A stretch of DNA of 64,000 nt from Thermoanaerobaculia bacterium. Its GTDB lineage: Bacteria; Acidobacteriota; Thermoanaerobaculia; UBA5066. Positions 29,926 to 43,718 of the stretch are shown here, one piece after another (the stretch's first letter is position 1; every line of letters starts with the position of its first letter). Position numbers and translations under genes: made by a program. The stretch spans positions 192,001-256,000 of the forward strand of contig CAWFJJ010000005.1 of assembly GCA_963816185.1 (NCBI GenBank), written 5' to 3'. The notes beneath the pieces are model-generated. The model made no database searches and was not told where the DNA came from. It saw nothing but the letters and a program-made list of their open reading frames with translations.

Positions 29926-30329
29926 CGGCCGAGCTCGTCTATCTCGACTCGTCGGCGCTCGTGAAGCTCGTCGTGCGCGAGGCGGAGAGCGACGCCGTGC
30001 GCGCCTGGCTGGTGGAGCACGCGGCGACCGTCACCTCGGCGCTCGCCGTGACGGAGGTGCGGCGGGCCGTCTCTCGCCTCTCGCCGCAGCGCGGTCTCCT
30101 GGACCGTGCGCGGCTCGTGCTGGACGGCGTCGCGTTGCTCGCCGTGAACCACGACATCCTCGAGAGGGCCGTGCGGCTCGCGCCCAAGGAGCTCCGGACG
30201 CTGGACGCGATCCACATCGCGTCGGCCCTCTCGCTTGGAACCGACCTCCTCGCCTTCGTCTCGTACGACGACCGTCAGGGGGCGGCCGCCCGCAGGGCGG
30301 GTCTGCCGCTCGTCCGGCCGGGCACGTGA
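29922..30329 (+). CDS. vapC: VapC PIN-domain toxin
   Basis: 'YLDSSALVKL', 'LRTLDAIHIASA', 'SYDDR'. Confidence 0.9.
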   Translation: MTAELVYLDSSALVKLVVREAESDAVRAWLVEHAATVTSALAVTEVRRAVSRLSPQRGLLDRARLVLDGVALLAVNHDILERAVRLAPKELRTLDAIHIASALSLGTDLLAFVSYDDRQGAAARRAGLPLVRPGT

Positions 30330-30372
30330 GGAATGGCTCAGCGTTTCGGCGGCGGTCAAAACGCGGGACGAA

Positions 30373-30817
30373 TCAGCGCTTCGAGACCTTCGAAGCGGCC
30401 TCGAGCACCCGGACCTCGATCTCCTTAACACGCGTGAGGCCGGCGGTCGGTCGTCACGAAAGCCGACGCTCCGGCGGCGAGAGCGGTGGCGAGGTGGATG
30501 GCATCTGCAGTCCGCACGTCATACCGGGCGCGAAGGCCGGCGGCGCGCCGGGCGATGTCCATGTCGACGTCCAGGACGACGACGCCGGCCGATTCCGCGA
30601 AAAGGCTCTCGTAACGCCGCACGAGAGCGTCGTCCTCCCTGCGCATTGCCCCGGTGAGCACTTCCAGCACGGCAATCACCGACGTGACCGCTGTCGCGCG
30701 TCCCTCTTCGATCTCGCGAAAGATGGGCTCGACGGCGGGAAGAAACGCTGGATTCTGCTCGATCCAGAGGATCCAAGGGCCTGTATCGAGTGCGAGGACG
30801 GGGAGAGCGCGGCTCAC
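30373..30817 (-). CDS. vapC: Second PIN-domain toxin (apparent frameshift near 30440)
   Basis: 'ALDTGPWI', 'RTADAIHLATA', 'FVTTDR'; a one-base correction gives 'LTRVKEIEVRVL' to TGA 30373. Confidence 0.8.
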
Positions 30818-31041
30818 CAGCCTTCGCGCTCGCGATCGACGTATTTTTGGACGTCGACGCCCCGCCAGATCTCGGCACCGACCCCGCGGAAGTCGTTGAC
30901 GGTGTACTTGCGCGGCCTCGTCAAGGCCTCGGCGAGAAGGACCTGGGCCTCTGCGGCAACGGAACGACCTTCACGCTTCGCCTGCTTTTTCAGCTTCTGA
31001 TAGAGGCCGTCGGGGAAGTTCTTGACGTTGAGGGTCGCCAT
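30814..31041 (-). CDS. FitA/Arc-like ribbon-helix-helix antitoxin
   Basis: 'MATLNVKNFPDGLYQKLKKQAKREGRSV'; RBS GGAGG; overlaps PIN gene start. Confidence 0.88.
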   Translation of the reverse strand: MATLNVKNFPDGLYQKLKKQAKREGRSVAAEAQVLLAEALTRPRKYTVNDFRGVGAEIWRGVDVQKYVDREREGW

Positions 31042-31119
31042 GGGCGTTCCTCCAAAACGCCTCCATTCTACCTCCTTCTCGTTCCGCGCTCGGATGGCCG
31101 CCCGGGGGTCCATGGCCAG

Positions 31120-31248
31120 CGGGCGTTCGGCTCCGAGCACGAGGCCGTTCACATTTCGAACATCGAAACGCGTGTCCTTCCGAGCCTGACGATCCTGCCG
31201 TTCGACGTTGCGGTCGCGCGCGTTTATGGGCGGATCGTCGTTGGTTGA
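31120..31248 (+). pseudogene. Internal fragment of a third VapC/PIN gene
   Basis: 'HISNIETRVLPSLTILPFDVAVARVYGRI' is a typical mid-PIN segment; termini missing. Confidence 0.55.
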
Positions 31249-31836
31249 TCCTCAACCTGTCAGAATCGGCTTCAACATGCACCGAAGGAAGGACCTGTCA
31301 GCTATGCGCCGCGCCCTGGACGAGGCCGTACCGCGACCGGCCCAAGACGCGAAGCAGGAGGACAAAAAGAACTACGCTGAGAGACTTTCTAACGCGCTCG
31401 CGACTATGGTTGCGAATGGCCTGCGCGTCGATTTGGGGGCATCACGCCAGAGAAGGATGGAACCCGACAGGAGAACCGTGCCCGAACGGCGAAGGCGACC
31501 AAGAAACTCGATGTGAACTACAGTACGACCGATCTGGGACTCGGTCTAGGAGTCTCGATCAAGACGATAAATTTCCGCGACGGTAAGTCGGGGCGATATA
31601 CGAAGAACTTCACTCGAGTCGACAACGAGTTAAGGGCGGAAGCGATCGACTACCACGTCAGGCAGCCGTTCGCCGTGCTCGTGGGGCTGGTTTTCCTCCC
31701 ATACGACGCCTGCGAGGATGGCCGAACGACTCACTCGTCTTTCGGTGGCGCCGTCAGAGTGTTCCATTACCGGGCTAATCGCACCGATACGACGAAGGAG
31801 GCTCAGTGAAACGCCCCGGGTTCTCCGGAGACCTGT

Positions 31837-33068
<1,232 letters not shown>

Positions 33069-33478
33069 GGCTCCATCCTCTCAAGTGTTGGAGCCTCCGG
33101 AAATGCCGGGGCGATTCACAGCTCTTTGAGCGCGTCTTCGTCGGCCTGTACAAGTATGACGGGCCGAAGAGGGGCGAAGTCTTCTTCTTTGATGTGATGG
33201 AGAGTCCACCGAAGCAGGGGCCGCCGCGACCCGCGAAGCGGCTGACCCTGAATGAAGTCATCGCTGAGACGACGAGTGAATTCGAGAGGCGAAACGATAC
33301 CAGGTTCGAGTGGGACGACGGCGATGTCGATACGACGCCACCATCCGATGACGTCGCCGGCGACGAGGAGTAATCCTTGAGTGATTGCCGGAGAAAGAAA
33401 GGCCTCTGGACCGTCGTGCTCCAGAGAGTTCCACCACTCGTTTCCACTGGTCTTGACGTTCGGAGCAAAGGCCGGTAG

Positions 33479-34326
33479 GTGAGAGGACTCGACATCCTCG
33501 CCCGCACGCTCTCGTCGGCCCGAAGAAAGGACCAGTTCGGGAACGAGTGGCAGTTGAGTCTCGCAGTGACCATCATTCGAAGGTGGCTTGCTGGGGAATC
33601 TTTTTCGACCTTCTCCAGACATCGGCCCTCTTTCGGGAGCACGTGTCTGAGTTATCGGTGGTATTTGGCGTCAACCACGAGATGCGGGACTTCAAGAACA
33701 ACCGAAAGAAGGACCTTGATCTTGTGGTTGCTCGCCCACGTGGGGACGGCGAGAAATTCGATGCCCGATCCTTTGGCGATCTCGTGGAAACGTACCAGAT
33801 CGAGCTCACGCCCGAAGAACGCGCCTCGCTCGCCGCACTTCCGGCGTTTTACGAGGGGCCGGTAGGGACCGTCCAGATTGCGCTCGAGGCAAAGGCGTGT
33901 ATGACCGCGCACGTAAAGGCGCTTCCAGGCTCTATGACGAGCTGAACTCGAGTCAGCAGACGATCCATGGAGCCGCGGACGAGGCCGTGGCTGTGGGATT
34001 CGTGATGATTAATGCCGCGACTTCGTTCCTGAGCCCGGGTAAGAACCGATTTGATCTCAGAAAGGCCAAGCCTGACGTATCGCCACATAGTCAGCCAGGG
34101 GTGACTGAGAAGGTCGTAGAAAAACTCAGCGAAATGGACCGGCGCTCCAAGACAGGAGAGTCGGGATTCGACGCATTGGGCATTGCAGTGATTGACTGCA
34201 AGAACGACAGATCGCCGGTCACCCTGGTCCAGGCCATCCCGCGCCGAGGCGGGCGACATCTACAACTACGAGTCGATGATTCGTCGGGTCGCCCAGCTTT
34301 ACGAGGCGAGGTTCAGGACGATTTAG
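33479..34326 (+). CDS. Second putative PD-(D/E)xK endonuclease, about three apparent frameshifts
   Basis: Stitched frames: 'WQ..SRSDHHSK', 'KDLDLVV', 'IALEAKA', 'RLYDEL', 'YESMIRRVAQLYEARF'; convergent with vsr-dcm. Confidence 0.55.
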
Positions 34327-34744
34327 AAAGCCCGTTCGTAAGCTTGCGGACAGCGCTGGCTAGTCGCTCTTCGACCTGACACTCCCATACGACTACCGCC
34401 GTGAAACCCTGGCGGCGGAGCTTCGCGATAGCGCGAGCGTCCCGACGCCGGTTCTCCGAGAACTTCTTCGTCCAGAAGGTCCGATTTCGTTTTGGAACCG
34501 TGGCTCTGACGCAACCCGGGTGACCATGCCAGAAGCACCCGTGAACGAAAACCGCCCATTTTTTCGAACGGTTCGCCATGTCTGGCGAACCAGGCAAGTC
34601 ACGGTTCTCCGTCCTGAAGGCGTGGCCGAGTGAACGGAGGATTCCTCGAACCGTGATTTCCGCCGACGTCCCGCGTTGGCGAATGTGACCCATTCGAATG
34701 GACGTTCTGGAGTCGACCTCGAGGTCGTCTCGTCGAAGGTTCAC
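34313..34744 (-). CDS. vsr: Very short patch repair endonuclease
   Basis: 'DLPGSPD', 'FVHGCFWHGH', 'FWTKKF', 'VVWECQ'. Confidence 0.93.
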   Translation of the reverse strand: MNLRRDDLEVDSRTSIRMGHIRQRGTSAEITVRGILRSLGHAFRTENRDLPGSPDMANRSKKWAVFVHGCFWHGHPGCVRATVPKRNRTFWTKKFSENRRRDARAIAKLRRQGFTAVVVWECQVEERLASAVRKLTNGLSKSS

Positions 34745-34766
34745 GGGCGACGCTCGGCTTGATCCT

Positions 34767-36047
34767 TCAAACTGCGACGCTGAGACCCTCGCGCATCCGC
34801 GCCAAGTGATTCTCGACGGCGCGCAGGAATCCTTCTGGAAAATGTAGGGAGCTCGATCGCGCCCTAGAGAGAAACCCCGCAGTCGCCTTCACCGAGAGGG
34901 GCTCCACGGGAAACCGGAGAAACTCGTCTAGCGGGGGTGAACGTCGGCGCTTCGGCCATCTGGACACCCGCGCGGCATGTCGACCGTTGCCGACGTTCCA
35001 TGCGGCCCGAGGCCAAGACTGCCCTAGGCGGTGAGTCACGTCGCCGGAGGGGTCGTACTTCCCGGGTCGTCTGAGCCGCCTCCCGATCCACTCGGCGACG
35101 TCAACCGTGACCGCATTGCCGACGAGCTTCCATCGATGACCGGCGCGTGCCACCTCCTCGGCAGGTCTCGGTCCAATCAGCCGGGAAGCCTTGCATCCGC
35201 TCACAGTCCGCTAACGTCGGGCTTTCCGATGAAGCCCGACGGGAAAGAGAATAGCCGGGGGGGAGGGAATCCCGATCGTGGAGCCACCCTTGAGTGTCGG
35301 AACAGCGTTCACCGCCCAACCCAACCCACGGATCCCCTCGGTCCAGTAGAAGCCGCAGGCGACGGGCTCACGAGGAACCTGCTCGGGCTCACCGACATCG
35401 TCGACCAGAAGCACATCGCGGGGGTCTTCTTCCAGGCACGCGAGAAGATAAACGCGTTCACGGCGCTGTGGGAGGCCGAATGCTCTCGAATCGACGACTC
35501 GGTACGCCCACCGATAGCCGAGGTCTTCGAGGCTTGAGATGATCACGTCCAGCGCACGACCTCCGCCTAGCTGGAGCATGAAGGGCACGTTCTCCAATAG
35601 CACGAATGGAACCGGCTGGCGCTCGAGGATGCGGAAGATCTCACCGACGAGGCTAGATCTAGCCCCGGTGATCCCCTCCGTTCGCCCAGCCTGACTAAGG
35701 TCCTGGCAGGGAAAGCCGGCCACGAGAAGGTCGGTTCCATTCGGCAGGCGTACGACATCCCGCACATCGGGCGTAATCGGAATGCCGGGGAAGCGGCTCC
35801 TCAGCACGCTTGCGGCCGCCTCATCGAGCTCGCACAGCAGTCTGGTTTTGTGCCCCGACCGATGTAGGCCCCGTTCGATGCCACCGACGCCCGCGAAAAG
35901 GCCCACGACACCCAGCTCCCGAGTCTGTCTTTCCGAGCCCGAGGCCTTCCGAAAGGACCGAGACTTCTTCGCGGCAGGGAAGGAAAGAACCAGCTGTCTC
36001 CCTCCTTCTGCTCTAGTAGGGGAGTCGGGAACCCGCTTGCCAGCCAT
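34767..36047 (-). CDS. dcm: DNA cytosine-5 methyltransferase, apparent frameshifts near 35170-35250
   Basis: Motifs 'LFAGVGG', 'GFPCQD', 'ENV', 'QRRERVY'; 'ERMQGFP' and 'GNAV' in shifted frames. Confidence 0.9.
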
Positions 36048-36091
36048 GTCGTCCCAAACAGTATCTCAGTTTCGAACGGCCGTGAGGGCCC

Positions 36092-37234
36092 CTACGTCCC
36101 CTTCTTGTACAGGTACGCCGACTCCAGCGTCCTGACGCCCTCGCTGTCGCCGACGACGTGTTTGCCGCCGCTCCAGATGGCGGCGCCGGCGGTTCTGCCC
36201 TTCGCGTCGACGGCGTAGTAGCTGACGTTGAACCTCGGGCGGCCTTTCTCGTCGCGGTGGTGGGGGACTTTGTGCGTCTTCTCGTCGATGCGCTTGAGGG
36301 CGAGGAGGCACGCCTCCTCGGGACTCTTCCCCTGCCGCATGAACTCGACGACCGTATGCGAGCCGCAGGTGACGAGGTTCGCCTCTCCGCGTCCCGTGGA
36401 TCCGCAGCTCCCGACGCCGTTCTCGCTGTAGATGCCCGCGCCGACCACGGCCGAGTCTCCGACGCGGCCCGGCATCTTGAAGTAAAGGCCGGACGTCGTC
36501 GTGACGCCCACGAGATCGCCTTTCGCGCTCCTCACGGACATGTGGATCGTGCCCTGCGGCCGGAAGTACTCGTTGCCGTTCTTCCGGATGAACTCCTTGA
36601 TGTCGGGATCCTCGGCTTCCTTGCCGGCCTCGATCCAGTCGTCCGCGTCCGAGAGGCGCTCTTTCCAGTAGAGCCAGATCTTCCGGCTCTTCGCCGTCAG
36701 GAGGTCCTCGACGGGGAAGCCGTGCGCCGTCGCGAACTTCCGTGCGCCCTCGCCGACGAGGAAGACGCGGTCGGTCCTGTCCATGACGAGCTTCGCGACC
36801 TTCGACGGCGTCTTGACGCCCTCGAGCGCGCCCACGGCGCCGGCCCGCATCGTGCGGCCGTCCATGACGCACGCGTCGAGCTGCACGACGCCTTCCTCGT
36901 TCGGGATGCCGCCGTACCCGACGCTCATGTCGTTCGGGTCCAGCTCGTTGATGTTCACGCCCACGATCGCGGCATCCAGCGGGTCGTAGCCCTGGATGAG
37001 CGCCTGCCGTGCGGCCTTCGCGGCCTCGACGCCGTTCGCGGACGTCACGAGGACGTAGGAAGAGGAGGATTCTGCTTCCCGAGCGGGCTGCTGCGCCGCA
37101 GCCGCACCGGTTGACGGTGGGGCCTGGCCACGCAGTCTTTCTTCGAAGGGGGAAGAGGGGAGAAGGCTCGCGGCGCCGGCCGCGGTGGCTGCGGTTGCGG
37201 CCGCCTTCAGGAAGCGGCGGCGGGAGGTGGACAT
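36092..37234 (-). CDS. Glycosylasparaginase / asparaginase-2 (Ntn hydrolase) with Tat signal
   Basis: 'SRRRFLK'; 'SVGYGG', 'LDACVMDG', 'GTI', 'TTSG', 'GRVGDS', 'TGRGE'. Confidence 0.9.
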   Translation of the reverse strand: MSTSRRRFLKAAATAATAAGAASLLPSSPFEERLRGQAPPSTGAAAAQQPAREAESSSSYVLVTSANGVEAAKAARQALIQGYDPLDAAIVGVNINELDPNDMSVGYGGIPNEEGVVQLDACVMDGRTMRAGAVGALEGVKTPSKVAKLVMDRTDRVFLVGEGARKFATAHGFPVEDLLTAKSRKIWLYWKERLSDADDWIEAGKEAEDPDIKEFIRKNGNEYFRPQGTIHMSVRSAKGDLVGVTTTSGLYFKMPGRVGDSAVVGAGIYSENGVGSCGSTGRGEANLVTCGSHTVVEFMRQGKSPEEACLLALKRIDEKTHKVPHHRDEKGRPRFNVSYYAVDAKGRTAGAAIWSGGKHVVGDSEGVRTLESAYLYKKGT

Positions 37235-37352
37235 CGGCAGCTGCCTTTCTCGGCGCGTTTCGACCGCGCCGTTGCGAAAGCGTCATTCACCTTCTAAGTA
37301 GATCTTCTTTTCTCCTGGCTCACCGAGACGGCGACAGGAGACGACGCTGGCG

Positions 37353-37763
37353 TCACTCCTCCGGCAGCTCGGCTTCTTCCTCTTCCGCCCGCACGCCGCC
37401 CGGGAGCGCGTACTTCATCACGATGTCGCCGAGGTGCTGCGAGAAGGCCGAGCGGGGCAGAACCTGGTCGCAGCCCGCCTTCTCGCCCTTCTCGAGAAGA
37501 TCCTTCCTCACGTGCTCGTAGTAGCCCACGACGGCGATGCCTCTCGTCTTCGGGTTCTTCTTCAGGGCCGCGATCGCGGTGAAGGGGTCGTCGCGGAGCG
37601 CGAGGTCGACGATGACGAGGCCCACGCGCCCGGATTCGGCCTTGGCCGCGAGCTGAGCGGATTTTTCGATGAAGATGCCGTTCGCCTGCGCGGATTTCAG
37701 CGTGTGGTCGATCTTGGTCTTCCAGAACAAATCGTCCGCCAGGACGAGGACCGTGGGGTTCAT
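37353..37763 (-). CDS. Atypical CheY-like receiver protein
   Basis: 'VLADDLF', 'LVIVDL', 'AGCDQVLPRS'. Confidence 0.7.
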   Translation of the reverse strand: MNPTVLVLADDLFWKTKIDHTLKSAQANGIFIEKSAQLAAKAESGRVGLVIVDLALRDDPFTAIAALKKNPKTRGIAVVGYYEHVRKDLLEKGEKAGCDQVLPRSAFSQHLGDIVMKYALPGGVRAEEEEAELPEE

Positions 37764-37930
37764 GGAATGCCTCCTCGGGCGACAGCTCGAACCTGTGATT
37801 CGGCATGGGCTTGCGATGGATCGAGCAGGGACAGTATAGGCCCGTCGCGGGCCGGTCACAGGTTCGACAAGTCGCCTCGGGGGATGTCAGACTCCCCGCC
37901 AGTTTTTCGAGGGACCAGGAGGACACACGG

Positions 37931-39960
<2,030 letters not shown>

Positions 39961-39999
39961 GGTCCCTCGTTTCCGGTCATCGGGGCGCGGGTCGTCAGG

Positions 40000-40329
40000 G
40001 TGAATTTTCTTAGAGTGGAAGAGGGAAGAAGAGAACGGGCGAAGCGCCTGCGGCTGGCATCGGCGATCGTCGGCACGCTGGTTTTCCTGGCTCTTTACTT
40101 CGTAGACCCGGCCACATCGTCCTTTGCGCCGCCGTGTCTCTTCACGGCGCTCTTCGGAGTCCGCTGCCCCGGCTGCGGCAGCCTGCGCGCGCTGCACGCG
40201 CTCGCTCATGGCGACCTGAAAGCGGCGCTCGCCTTCAATGCGCCCCTCGCTTATGTCCTGCCGCTCGCAGGCGCTTTCCTCCTTTATTCCCTTCTAAGAA
40301 GATCTTCTTCTTCCGGCTCTTCTCTTTAG
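40000..40329 (+). CDS. DUF2752 family membrane protein
   Basis: 'PCLF...CPGCGSLRALHAL...FN'. Confidence 0.82.
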   Translation: MNFLRVEEGRRERAKRLRLASAIVGTLVFLALYFVDPATSSFAPPCLFTALFGVRCPGCGSLRALHALAHGDLKAALAFNAPLAYVLPLAGAFLLYSLLRRSSSSGSSL

Positions 40330-40518
40330 CTTCCTTTCTCCGCCTGATCTGAGCCGGGGACGCACGCCTCGCCGCTTTCGTTCAGGTGTCCCTTTTCGGC
40401 GGCACGAAAGCGTGCAGGGATGTGTGGCATCACGGGTTTTCCAGTGTTTTTCCGGGCCTGTCGATTGCACTGTAGAGGATGTCCCCGAAAGAAACCGGGG
40501 CAGAAAGAGAGGCCGATC

Positions 40519-40974
40519 ATGAAGACCCTGATGCGTACCTTGACGCTGTCCGCCGCGGCCCTCGCGGCCCTGGTGGCGGCCCCGAAGTCCGATGCCCAGC
40601 AATTCCGACACGGCGGGGCGCGCGAAACGTTCCGTGGAAACTCCGGTCACGGCGGAAGCTTCCGCGGAGGCGACTTCCGTGGACGCGAATTCCGCGGGCA
40701 CGAGTTCCGTGGAGGCGACTTCCGAGGTCGCGAATTCCGAGGATACGGCTGGCACAACCGGGGATTCGTTCGCCCGCCGGCCTTCTTCTACGGCCACCGC
40801 TACGTCTCTCCGTTCCGCGTCTTCGCCGGCAGCCGCTTCTACTCGTACTGCCCGGGTCCCGGCTACATCTACGTCGACGACCTCGGCTGGGTCTTCCCGC
40901 CCTTCCTCGGCGCCGTCTGGGTTCCCGCGCACATCAACGGGTTCGGCGTCCGGGTCCGCGGCTTCTGGCGTTGA
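40519..40974 (+). CDS. Secreted Arg/Gly/Phe-rich repeat protein
   Basis: Signal peptide; xxFRG repeats; aromatic C-terminus 'WVPAH...VRGFWR'. Confidence 0.7.
   Translation: MKTLMRTLTLSAAALAALVAAPKSDAQQFRHGGARETFRGNSGHGGSFRGGDFRGREFRGHEFRGGDFRGREFRGYGWHNRGFVRPPAFFYGHRYVSPFRVFAGSRFYSYCPGPGYIYVDDLGWVFPPFLGAVWVPAHINGFGVRVRGFWR
40660..40743 (+). repeat. 15-bp coding tandem repeat, about 5.5 copies
   Basis: ttccgcggaggcgac ttccgtggacgcgaa ttccgcgggcacgag ttccgtggaggcgac ttccgaggtcgcgaa ttccgagga. Confidence 0.9.
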
Positions 40975-40997
40975 GTCTGCTTCCCTCGGACCGCACG

Positions 40998-41033
40998 GAG
41001 CGCCGCCTCGAGAGGGGCGGCGCTCTCGTCTTT
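40998..41033 (+). terminator. Hairpin terminator between convergent genes
   Basis: gagcgccgcctc-GAGA-ggggcggcgctc followed by tcgtcttt. Confidence 0.7.
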
Positions 41034-41038
41034 GATGC

Positions 41039-42097
41039 TCAGGCGCCGCTCTCGCGCGCGAGAAGATCGCGCTTGCGCCGGATCCCCCACCGATAGCCGC
41101 CCAGCCCGCCGTCCCCCCGGACGACTCGATGGCACGGCACGACGAGCGCCGCGGGGTTCCTGGCGCAGGCCGAGGCGACCGCACGCACGGCGGACGGACG
41201 TCCGATCGTCGCGGCGATCTCGCCATAGGAACGCGTCTCGCCACGCGGAATCGTGCGCAGCGCCTCGAAGACGCGCCGCTGAAAGGTCGTGGCGCGCAGG
41301 TCGAGCGGGATACCGGAGAGATCGACGTCGCCGCCGAGCGAGCGCACGATGAGCTCCGTCCAATCGCCGAGCGCCCCGGGAGCCGGCTCGAGGAGGGCTT
41401 CGGGATATTCGCGCCGAAGAGCTTCCGCGAGCTCCCGGTCGGAATTCCCGAGCGTGACGGCGCAGACGCCTCGATCCGTCGCGGCGACGAGGAGCCGGCC
41501 GAGCGGCGTGGGAACGCTTCTGTACCGGATGTGGAGGCCGCGCCCTCCGCGCTGATAACGTCCCGGCGTCATGCCGAGATGCCGGGGTGCCTGGGCGTAC
41601 GTGCGGCTGCTCGACCCGTACCCGGCCTCGAAGCTGGCGGAGGCGACGCTCGTCCCATCCCTCAGCAGCGCCTTGAGCCGGTCGGCGCGCTGTGCGTCCG
41701 CGTAGCGCTTCGGTGTGACACCGACGAGCTTCTTGAAGACGCGTTGGAGATGGAACGGCGACAGCCCTGCGGCGCGGGAAAGAACCCGGAGCGGCACCGG
41801 AACGTCACCGTGCGATTCGAGGAACGCAATGGCGCGGCGTACGGCGCGGACGGCCGAGGCCGGCTCGGCGCTTTGCGGGCGGCACCGGAGACAGGCACGG
41901 TAGCCGGCGGCCTCGGCTCCGCCGGGGTCCGCGAAGAAGGTCACGTTCTCGCGCTTCGGCCGGCGGGCCGCGCAGGACGGGCGGCAGTAGACGCCCGTCG
42001 TCGAGACCGCGAAGACGAAGAGACCGTCGGAGGCGGCGTCGCGCGCGAGAACCGCGTTCCAGGCGCGGGCGGGATCTGGAGGAGGGGGCGAGGACAT
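41039..42097 (-). CDS. ada: Bifunctional Ada regulator / O6-methylguanine-DNA methyltransferase
   Basis: 'TTGVYCRPSC', 'YRACLRC', AraC-type HTH, 'VPCHRVV'. Confidence 0.96.
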   Translation of the reverse strand: MSSPPPPDPARAWNAVLARDAASDGLFVFAVSTTGVYCRPSCAARRPKRENVTFFADPGGAEAAGYRACLRCRPQSAEPASAVRAVRRAIAFLESHGDVPVPLRVLSRAAGLSPFHLQRVFKKLVGVTPKRYADAQRADRLKALLRDGTSVASASFEAGYGSSSRTYAQAPRHLGMTPGRYQRGGRGLHIRYRSVPTPLGRLLVAATDRGVCAVTLGNSDRELAEALRREYPEALLEPAPGALGDWTELIVRSLGGDVDLSGIPLDLRATTFQRRVFEALRTIPRGETRSYGEIAATIGRPSAVRAVASACARNPAALVVPCHRVVRGDGGLGGYRWGIRRKRDLLARESGA

Positions 42098-42175
42098 CGC
42101 GGTGATCATCATGCCGGGAAGATGGGGCGGTGCGCGCCTCCTCTCTCCCCGGATCTTGCGGTCAAACTCGCGAGG

Positions 42176-42871
42176 TCACGAGCGCTTGAAAAGGGGCAAG
42201 AGCGTCGGTTCGAGGCGACGGTACAGGGCGGCCGTCGCCTCGACGTCTCCCCGGCAGTAGTCGGCGATCTCCCGGATGCGACCCTGCCGGTAAAGGTCGC
42301 CCACGGCATAGCCATGCATCTCTTCGCTTTTCGGAGAGGGGATCCCGAACGCGACGCAGGCGGCGTGGAGGTGGGCTGCTGGTCCCGTGCGACGGCGCCT
42401 TGGAAACTGAGCATTCCATGCAGATCGACGTGCGTCTCGATCGAGTATCGATAGCCGAGAAGATTCTTAGAAGGTGAGAGACCGTGAATGGCGCTGCTCA
42501 CGGAGAGGAAAGGCCCGTCGAACGCGCGGCCGTTGAAGGAGACGAAGCGGTCGAACTTGAGAGCGTTCGCCCAAAACTCGCGAGAGCATCGTCGGCTCTT
42601 CGCACGCGACGAAGTCGAAGAGCCCGTCCTCGGCGAGGTGCGCCTCGCGCCGCCCGGTCGCCTCGTGCCAGACGAACCCGCGCCCGGTCTCCGGATTCGT
42701 CATGCCGATCACGATGACTTTCCCCGTATAAGGAGAGAGCGCTCCGCCCTCTTTCCTTCTCAGAAAATCTTCGTGATCTTCGGCCCGTCGCGTGAGCTTC
42801 TCGCGCTGCAGCGCATCCAGCTCGAGCCACGGAAACGACACCGTTTCGATGTCGAAGACGACCGTCTTCAC
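42176..42871 (-). CDS. PolB-like 3'-5' exonuclease (DEDDy), two apparent frameshifts
   Basis: 'FDIET', 'FNGRAFD', 'HVDL', 'YCRGDV' spread over three frames. Confidence 0.82.
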
Positions 42872-42881
42872 GGGAGGGAGC

Positions 42882-43718
42882 TTACTTCGGGACAGTTGCC
42901 GGCGGCGTCGGCACTGCGGGCTGCGGCAGGACGACGCCGAGACGTTCGGCGAGCCAGGCGAAGGCAGCCTGCTTCGCTTCGGGATGCTCGCGGAAGACGG
43001 CGAGATCGTGTGCGCTGCCGGGGAAGAGAAGCATGCGTCGAGGCTCCTCGACGGAGGCCAGCAGGCGCCGCGCGGAGTCCGCGCGGCCGGGATCGTCCTC
43101 GCAGGCAAGGAGCAGCGCCGCGCGCGGCGTGACCTTCTTCCCGCCGGCGAGCGGAAGAACGCGCGGCTCGTTCACGGAAATCGCCACGGCGGCGTCCACG
43201 AGCCTCTCCGACGACGCGAGGAGCGCGAGATACCCGCCGACCGAGAGGCCGACCGCCGCGGTGCGCGGAGACTTCGTTCTCAACCAGGCGGCGGCGGCCT
43301 CCACGTCGCGCGGGAAGCCCGCCGGGTCCCTGAGGAGACTCGGGGAGATCTGGAGCGCCCGACCGGCCTTCTTCGTCGACTCGCCGTGAGCGCGCAGGTC
43401 GAAGGAAAGCGTCGCGAATCCCCGCTCGTGGAGCTCCTCGGCGAAGGGCTCCCATTCGCGCCGCTCGCGCGAGAAGTCGTGGATGAGGAGGACGCCCGGA
43501 GCTTTCGCGTTTCCCTCGACCGGGCGCCAGGACGACGCGAGCGCGACGCCGTCGGCCGTCCGGATCGTGACGCGGAAGGGGTCCACCGGGCGCGGCACCG
43601 GCGTGGGCTCGGGCGCCCTCCTCTTTCTTCTCTTCGCGTCTGCGGCTCCGCTCGAAAGGAGCGCGAGCACGGCGACCGCGGCGATCGCTCGCCGGTGGGC
43701 GGGCCGGAGACCGGTCAC
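42882..43718 (-). CDS. Exported alpha/beta hydrolase
   Basis: Signal-like N-terminus; 'DLRAHGES', 'GLSVGG', 'GSAHD'. Confidence 0.8.
   Translation of the reverse strand: MTGLRPAHRRAIAAVAVLALLSSGAADAKRRKRRAPEPTPVPRPVDPFRVTIRTADGVALASSWRPVEGNAKAPGVLLIHDFSRERREWEPFAEELHERGFATLSFDLRAHGESTKKAGRALQISPSLLRDPAGFPRDVEAAAAWLRTKSPRTAAVGLSVGGYLALLASSERLVDAAVAISVNEPRVLPLAGGKKVTPRAALLLACEDDPGRADSARRLLASVEEPRRMLLFPGSAHDLAVFREHPEAKQAAFAWLAERLGVVLPQPAVPTPPATVPK

Noticed and set aside
28785-30329. Apparent NAGPA-PIN toxin fusion
   Set aside because: A frameshift near 29442 hides the real NAGPA C-terminus and bridges into vapC, which has its own start and antitoxin.
37778-37876. 6S RNA
   Set aside because: Shorter than typical 6S and lacks a clear central-bubble layout; kept as an unexplained dyad.
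40400-40415. Sigma54 promoter before the FRG-repeat gene
   Set aside because: Spacing is GG-N11-GC, one base off the strict requirement.
40660-40743. CRISPR array
   Set aside because: In-frame 15-bp coding repeat without spacers; no cas genes or arrays seen in the window.
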